Positions 35,270-41,042 of a stretch of DNA of 41,042 bases are shown here, one piece after another. Made by a program: the position numbers and the translations under genes. Position 1 is the stretch's first letter, and each line of letters begins with the position of its first letter. Below the pieces are notes generated by a model. That model did no database searches. It was not told where the DNA came from and saw only the letters and a list, made by a program, of their open reading frames with translations. Source of the stretch: an uncultured archaeon (GTDB lineage: Archaea > EX4484-52 > LFW-46); the NCBI GenBank assembly GCA_902384675.1, contig CABMCT010000065.1, forward strand, positions 1-41,042, given 5' to 3'.

Positions 35270-35671
35270 TCACACCACTTTCCATTTCAGCCCGTAATGG
35301 ATTATGCCTTCCTTGCCGTCTTCGTAAATTTTCCTGAAAACTGCCGTGACTTTTGCCCCGATTTTGACCTGGTCAAACGGCGCGTCCACAATCTGCGAAA
35401 CAAGAACAGGGCCGTTATCAAGCTTTATCAGAGCAACTGCATAAGGAGTCTGCTTGTCGAATCCCACAGGACCTGCATAGATTATCGAATATGTCTGGAT
35501 AGTTCCCTTTTTCTCGAACTCCTTTTCCTCAAGCACTCCTTTTCTTCGGCAGGTCGGGCAGATTTCGCGCGGGGGGTAATAATCAGTCTTGCAAGTCTTG
35601 CAGTGATTTCCAAGCAGCCTGTAGTGGTGCTTAAACCTTCGCCATAAAAGCGGAACTGATGTGCGGTGCAT
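35270..35671 (-). CDS. DUF35 Zn-ribbon/OB-fold protein (thiolase-HMGCS scaffold)
   Basis: CKTC...YYPPREICPTC...PYAVALIKL...VFRKI...GIIHYG; downstream of thiolase. Confidence 0.92.
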   Translation of the reverse strand: MHRTSVPLLWRRFKHHYRLLGNHCKTCKTDYYPPREICPTCRRKGVLEEKEFEKKGTIQTYSIIYAGPVGFDKQTPYAVALIKLDNGPVLVSQIVDAPFDQVKIGAKVTAVFRKIYEDGKEGIIHYGLKWKVV

Positions 35672-35673
35672 AA

Positions 35674-36084
35674 TTATACCTTTAATTGATTATTTTCCTT
35701 GATTTTTTGAATGAATCGTTGATAGTATATTTTAATATCATACCAATCATCAAAAGAGATAGCCACATACGCGTTGTTGTCTTTTTCTGCTCTAATGAAT
35801 AGGAATGGATTCGGACAAAGTGGATCACCTCTATAGCGCTCCAAGACTGTTCTGTAAGTCACACCATCCCGGCTTATACAATTGTCAGTAGTTTTAACTT
35901 TCGGGTATGATATATCAATTATTCTCTCAATCGCCTTTTCTAATGGGACTAGCCAAAGAATCCCCCTTTTTTCGCGTATTGGGATTCCAAGGTATGCTAG
36001 ACTGGTATTATGATGAAATACGACTTCTACACCTTCTTTTGGCATACTGCAGATTTCTTCGTATTGTCCTTCAACACCAACCAT
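35674..36084 (-). CDS. Hypothetical protein (ORFan)
   Basis: 136-aa ORF packed in-operon; no recognisable motif. Confidence 0.55.
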   Translation of the reverse strand: MVGVEGQYEEICSMPKEGVEVVFHHNTSLAYLGIPIREKRGILWLVPLEKAIERIIDISYPKVKTTDNCISRDGVTYRTVLERYRGDPLCPNPFLFIRAEKDNNAYVAISFDDWYDIKIYYQRFIQKIKENNQLKV

Positions 36085-36102
36085 TCAATCACTTTCTAAA
36101 CA

Positions 36103-36139
36103 TCCGTTCATCTCGCTTTGCTCGTTCTCGGCTTTTCAA
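36103..36139 (-). repeat. Linker module of the modular repeat family
   Basis: TTGAAAA-GCCGAGA-ACGAGCAAAGCGAGAT-GAACGGA matches the GCCGAGA...GAACGGA linker ends. Confidence 0.6.
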
Positions 36140-36489
36140 GCATTGGCGCCGAAAGGGCTTTCTCTTATTGTTGCTGATATAAATGCATGCCCAAAATTTG
36201 CCGTTACATATTCAGTTTCAATTGTATTCATATCTTTCTTGGATAAATAGTACGTCATGTCGTTGGGCACTGTAATTAAATAGCCACCGGATTTTCCGAG
36301 GTGCTCTATGCGTAATTCACTTATATTGGGTATGTCGGTCATATTTCTTGCTGCAAAAATATCATCGAGTAATATTGTTTTTCTGGGTTTGCCCTGCCCG
36401 ACACCTATAACAAGCACCCCATCTTCGCGCCCAATTGACTTATATCCATTGGAGATTCTGCGTATTTCTTTGTAAACCATACAGTCCAC
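36136..36489 (-). CDS. Hypothetical protein (ORFan)
   Basis: 117-aa ORF starting 3 nt after the thiolase stop; no recognisable motif. Confidence 0.55.
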   Translation of the reverse strand: MDCMVYKEIRRISNGYKSIGREDGVLVIGVGQGKPRKTILLDDIFAARNMTDIPNISELRIEHLGKSGGYLITVPNDMTYYLSKKDMNTIETEYVTANFGHAFISATIRESPFGANA

Positions 36490-36492
36490 ATC

Positions 36493-37659
36493 TTATTTTT
36501 TGAACACATGCACCACAGCCGTCGCCCCGGACCCGCCGACATTGTGCGTCATTCCTATTTCAGCGCCCTTAACCTGCCTTGCCCCTGCCTCGCCGCGCAG
36601 CTGCATAACTACTTCGCATGCCTGCTTTATTCCTGTTGCGCCGACCGGGTGCCCGCATGCCTTCAATCCTCCTGAAGTATTGAACGGGATTTTTCCGCCA
36701 AGCTTTGTGTTTCCTTCCTCGATGAATTTTCCGCCTTTTCCTTTTTCCGCAAATCCCAGGTCTTCAACAGCCATGAGCTCTGCGATTGTAAAGCAGTCAT
36801 GCACCTCGACAACATTGATATCTTTTGGCGCAACTCCTGCCTGCTTATAAGCCGCTCTTGATGCCATTATGGTTGCATCAAGGCGCGTAAGTGATTTTCT
36901 CTGCGCGAGCGCCAATGTGTCGGATGCCTGACCGGAGCCGACAATATAAACCGGATTATCAGTGTATTTCTTTGCAATGTCTTCCCTGCACAAAATCAAT
37001 GCAGCCGCGCCGTCAGAAACCGGGGAGCAGTCAAGAAGCGTCAGCGGGTCAGCAACCATTGTGGATTTTAAGACCTGGTCGACAGTTATTTTGTTCTGGA
37101 ACTGCGCAATCGGGTTCATTGATGCATGCTCGTGGTTCTTTACTGAAATCATTGCCAGATGCTCGCGGCGTGTACCGTAATCATGCATGTGCCTGCGCGC
37201 CATCAGCGCATAAAGCCCGGGAAATGTCAAGCCCTGGAAGCCTTCCCATTCCTCGTCTGCGGCGCCCATTAAAGTGGTTGTGACCTGGTCAACCGACATA
37301 TCGGTCATTTTTTCTGCGCCGCCGACAAGAACAACATTATGCTGGCCTGAAAGTATTGAAAGCAATCCCTGCCGGAGTGCCAAGCCGCCTGAAGCGCATG
37401 CTGCCTCAACGCGCGTTGCAGGAATATTCATGCCAATTTGGTCTGCAACTAAAGCGCCTAAATGCTCCTGTCCGGTAAGGCGGCCGGATGCCATGTTTCC
37501 GATATACATTGCATCGATTTCTTTTCCCTCTATTTTCGCGTCGGTTACTGCATTTACCCCTGCCTCGATGGCGAGGTTTCTCAGGCCTTTTTCCCAATGC
37601 TCGCCGAATTTTGTAAGGCCTATTCCTATAACTGCGACACGGAATTTTGAATTATCCAT
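36493..37659 (-). CDS. Acetyl-CoA acetyltransferase (archaeal thiolase)
   Basis: [43 protein letters not shown]. Confidence 0.95.
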   Translation of the reverse strand: MDNSKFRVAVIGIGLTKFGEHWEKGLRNLAIEAGVNAVTDAKIEGKEIDAMYIGNMASGRLTGQEHLGALVADQIGMNIPATRVEAACASGGLALRQGLLSILSGQHNVVLVGGAEKMTDMSVDQVTTTLMGAADEEWEGFQGLTFPGLYALMARRHMHDYGTRREHLAMISVKNHEHASMNPIAQFQNKITVDQVLKSTMVADPLTLLDCSPVSDGAAALILCREDIAKKYTDNPVYIVGSGQASDTLALAQRKSLTRLDATIMASRAAYKQAGVAPKDINVVEVHDCFTIAELMAVEDLGFAEKGKGGKFIEEGNTKLGGKIPFNTSGGLKACGHPVGATGIKQACEVVMQLRGEAGARQVKGAEIGMTHNVGGSGATAVVHVFKK

Positions 37660-37671
37660 AAAAATCACCAA

Positions 37672-38778
37672 CTACTGCGCCCCTCCATAATGCAATTTCC
37701 CTTTTATCTTCGCATACTGCGCATATGAAACATATTCCTTGTCTTTGATGTAATCCTCAACTGTCGGTGCTGCGTTTCTTACTTCGTTCAATTTGTCGGT
37801 TGTCCTGAAAACAAACGAATCAGAGCCCGCACCTGAGCCGTATGAAGTGAGGAGTATCAGCTGGTTCGGCTTTGCAACATCAAGAGTTGCGCACAATCCC
37901 AAAATAGATGAGCCCGAATAGGTATTTCCGATCCTTTTTACGACAAAGCCGGGCGCAATCTTCTCAAACGGAATCCCCAGCTTTTTTGCCATTCCTGATG
38001 CGAATTTGCCGTTTGGCATATGGAATACCGCGAAATCAAAATCATTAATTTTATAGCCGGTTCGCTCAAGAAGCCCCTGCGTTGCCGAGAAAACATGCTT
38101 GACGTATGCAGGCTCTCCTGTAAATCGCCCTCCGTGGCTTGGGTACATCGCATGCGACCTTCTCCAGAAATCAGGAGTGTCCGAAGAATATGAATATGTC
38201 GCCTCGATTTGGGCAACTATCTCCCTTTTATCAGAGCCTATGATAAATGCTGCGCCTCCTGCAGCTGCAGAGTATTCTAAAGCATTTCCCGGTGCTCCCT
38301 GTGCAGTATCTGCGCCTATTGCCAGGCCGTATTTAATATAGTTGGACTTGACAAGACCTGCGCACATCTGTATTGCCGCAGTCCCTGCCTTGCATGCAAA
38401 TTCCGTGCTTGCCGCAGTGTAATCATGGCCTGCATTTATTGCATCCCCGACTATTGTTGCAGTGGGCTTTACAGCATAAGGATGGGACTCCGAGCCGACA
38501 TAAATCGCGCCTATTTCTCTTGGGTTGATTTTTGCGCGAAGAAGCGCGTTTTGCGTTGCCGCTACGGAAATTGTGGCAGTATCCTCGTCGATTCCCGGCA
38601 CTGCCTTTTCCTCAATCATAAGCCCGTTCTTTATGTCCTCCCCGTCCTTTCCCCAGACCTCGGCGATTGTTTCGGCTTTTATCCTGCGCTTTGGGATATA
38701 CGCGCCGTAGCCGATGATGCCGACGCCATTGTCAAGGGCTTTTTTTGAATTATTCATAATTAACTCAACTTTGTTCAT
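37672..38778 (-). CDS. Hydroxymethylglutaryl-CoA synthase (archaeal type)
   Basis: [40 protein letters not shown]. Confidence 0.95.
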   Translation of the reverse strand: MNKVELIMNNSKKALDNGVGIIGYGAYIPKRRIKAETIAEVWGKDGEDIKNGLMIEEKAVPGIDEDTATISVAATQNALLRAKINPREIGAIYVGSESHPYAVKPTATIVGDAINAGHDYTAASTEFACKAGTAAIQMCAGLVKSNYIKYGLAIGADTAQGAPGNALEYSAAAGGAAFIIGSDKREIVAQIEATYSYSSDTPDFWRRSHAMYPSHGGRFTGEPAYVKHVFSATQGLLERTGYKINDFDFAVFHMPNGKFASGMAKKLGIPFEKIAPGFVVKRIGNTYSGSSILGLCATLDVAKPNQLILLTSYGSGAGSDSFVFRTTDKLNEVRNAAPTVEDYIKDKEYVSYAQYAKIKGKLHYGGAQ

Positions 38779-38805
38779 TGGTGGGGAAGTTTTATAAATT
38801 GATTT

Positions 38806-39339
38806 TTAACAATGCAATGAGTTCATGTAATCTAAGCGTTCTTGATATTTCGTAGCTTTATTTCCTACAGATGGTTCTCCAGTATAAGGATGGTGTCGCA
38901 ATAGCGCCTTTTCAATATCCTTCTTTATAAGTTCAACCGGCCTAGCATACATTATATTGCCATCAATATTCAGTTTATTCGCTGCGCACAAATTACCGCT
39001 TAGAAAGGCACTTATATTATCTCCATCGAACACTTCTATCTTCTGAGTATTGTAATGGAATTCAAATATATCTCGTGACATAAAATCAAAGATGATTTCG
39101 TTTACCGTTGTAAATTTCCCTTCAATTCCTTCGCTATCTAGAGCTTCAATAATATGATTAAATGCCGCATCATCTACCGCGATTACATCGATATCTGAAG
39201 GCTTATCGCCTTTTCTCAGTTTTTTCTGAAGATACAATCCATAACTTCCTGCAACTCTTGTCGTCTCTCGCGGTATCTTGTGTTTCTCTATCAAGTTATA
39301 GAATCTCAGCAGAGCCTGAAACTGTGCATCATTATACAT
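38806..39339 (-). CDS. Pol-beta-type nucleotidyltransferase-like hypothetical protein
   Basis: VAGSYGL...PSDIDV...KIEVF. Confidence 0.55.
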   Translation of the reverse strand: MYNDAQFQALLRFYNLIEKHKIPRETTRVAGSYGLYLQKKLRKGDKPSDIDVIAVDDAAFNHIIEALDSEGIEGKFTTVNEIIFDFMSRDIFEFHYNTQKIEVFDGDNISAFLSGNLCAANKLNIDGNIMYARPVELIKKDIEKALLRHHPYTGEPSVGNKATKYQERLDYMNSLHC

Positions 39340-39557
39340 ATATTACCACTTTTAAGTACTATCCACGCGAGGATTATATCAACATACGTATTTATAAATC
39401 TATCCTTACCATATAATATGTCGAAGAAAAGGATAATAGGGATACACCCAACATAACAAATACTCGTAATGTATATTTTATATAGTGAATTTTGTTGTTA
39501 TTGATGCTGATTCTCTATTATTTTGATTTTATATTTGAATTAAGAGTTGATTGAAAA

Positions 39558-40411
39558 TGATACAATCTCAGACACACTTAGACAGACAGCCTGAGGCACC
39601 TGTTGCCGAGGCTCAAAAGGAACAAAAAATAGTTCTTCCAGGCGAACTCCTTATCGAAAGCAAGGAAATATTGCCCGGATACGGAACATACAGGATAGGC
39701 GATAAAATCTACGCAAAGCTTATCGGCATACTGATGCACGGCCCGCGAGTAATATACGTTGTCCCTCTTGCAGGAGCATATGTTCCAAAGGCAGGCGACT
39801 ATATTATAGGCGAAATAAAGGAAGTCGCATTCTCATTCTGGAATGTCGACATAAACTCGCCTTACACTGCGGCAATGTCCTCGATGGACACAAATGATTT
39901 CATACCGAAAAGCGCAGACCTTTCGCGATACTTCAATGTAGGCGACCTCTTATTCTGCGTTGTCTCGGGAGTGACCCAGAGCAAATATACCAATGTTTCA
40001 CTGAAAGACCCCAAGGCAAGAAAGCTTGTCGGCGGGCTTGTGGTTGAAATGACATCAAGCAAAATTCCAAGATTAATCGGAAAAGAAGGCTCGATGATAA
40101 ACCTGATTAAGGACAAGACAAAATGCTTCATTACCGCAGGCCAGAACGGCAGGGTATGGATTAAAGGAGAACACGAAGACATCGCGGTTGAAGCAGTTGA
40201 GATGATTGACAAATATGCTCATACACAGGGTTTGACGGACAGGATGAACGCATTCCTGACCGAAGCACTTGCAAAAAAAGGCGTGCATGTTTCCAGCCAG
40301 CCAGAACCTAAAAATGATGAGGATGAGGAACGAAAGCGCGGCAATACGTCGGACTCGCGATTGAGCGACGATGACCAAGGCAAGCTGGAAGAAGGCGAGG
40401 TAATAGAATAG
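39558..40411 (+). CDS. rrp4: Exosome complex RNA-binding protein Rrp4
   Basis: IVLPGE, YVPKAGDYIIG, VDINSPY, PRLIGKEGSMI, GQNGRVW, HTQGLTDR. Confidence 0.95.
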
Positions 40412-40423
40412 ATAGTGATTTTT

Positions 40424-41042
40424 ATGAAAGCAGAAACAGAAAAAACATTCAAGCCAAGCGACCCAAGACCTGACGGAAGGCGAAACGATGAAATGAGGCC
40501 GCTTAAAATCGAAGTCGGAGTAATTGAGAGAGCAAACGGCTCTGCTTATGTTGAATTTGGGAATACTCATGCAATAGCTGCTGTATATGGACCGAGCCAG
40601 GTTCACCCGAGGCACCTTGAAGACCCCCAGAAGGCAGTCATCATGTGCAAGTACAACATGATTCCTTTCTCGGTAGGGGACAGGAAAAAGCCGGGATACG
40701 ACAGGCGCTCGATTGAGATTTCAAAAGTCATAAAAGAGGCGCTTGAGCCGGCAATTTTTGTCGAGGAGCTGCCGAAGACCATGATTAATATCGAAATGGA
40801 AATAGTGCAGGCAGATGCAGGAACAAGAGTTACTGCACTAACCGCAGCTGCTGTCGCACTCGCTGACGCAGGAATCCCGATGAGGGACATTGTGTCTGCT
40901 GTTGCAGTGGGGCGGGCAAACGGCAAGATTGTTGTTGACCTCACAAAAGAGGAGGAAGATGCCCCTGATGCAGTTGACATGCCGATGGCAATGATGCCAA
41001 ATTCAGGCAGAATTTCGCTTTTGCAGATGGACGGCGACATAA
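40424..41042 (+). CDS. rrp41: Exosome complex exonuclease Rrp41, partial (runs off the window)
   Basis: Not in ORF track: RPDGRRNDEMRP, ANGSAYVEFG, AVYGP, RRSIEISKVI, QADAGTR, LQMDG. Confidence 0.95.
   Translation, partial: MKAETEKTFKPSDPRPDGRRNDEMRPLKIEVGVIERANGSAYVEFGNTHAIAAVYGPSQVHPRHLEDPQKAVIMCKYNMIPFSVGDRKKPGYDRRSIEISKVIKEALEPAIFVEELPKTMINIEMEIVQADAGTRVTALTAAAVALADAGIPMRDIVSAVAVGRANGKIVVDLTKEEEDAPDAVDMPMAMMPNSGRISLLQMDGDI

Noticed and set aside
40603-41040. 145-aa minus-strand ORF
   Set aside because: Antisense shadow of rrp41; the same applies to most antisense ORFs within ppsA, gatE, fusA and the P-type ATPase.

Overview
Archaeal chromosomal window, probably from a small-genome DPANN-type lineage (inference from TBP, aEF-2, GatD/GatE, tRNA splicing endonuclease, exosome Rrp4/Rrp41, the HMG-CoA synthase/thiolase/DUF35 operon and many short ORFans). 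It has about 45 CDSs, four of them missing from the ORF track: partial gdhA, partial rrp41, a 23-aa basic peptide and a 50-aa membrane peptide. There are four tRNAs (Phe-GAA, Asn-GUU, Gly-CCC, Ser-CGA). The most unusual signal is non-coding. (1) A dispersed, modular, covarying palindromic repeat family (9-bp arm / 17-nt spacer / 9-bp arm units joined by two conserved linker types) starts at the 3' end of all four tRNAs, and also occurs in the leaders of fusA, tbp and a thioredoxin-fold gene and inside a tRNA intron. (2) Two long structured tRNA introns (122 and 106 nt) share a CGACTTGC-loop-GCAAGTCACC hairpin. (3) The adjacent EndA appears to lack the canonical catalytic Lys. Other candidates are a terpene-synthase-like/exporter/V4R/KaiC-like locus, several unassigned structured RNAs, a degenerate PEP-synthase domain and a frameshifted ridA. 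All calls are from reading the sequence; no searches or folding programs were run.
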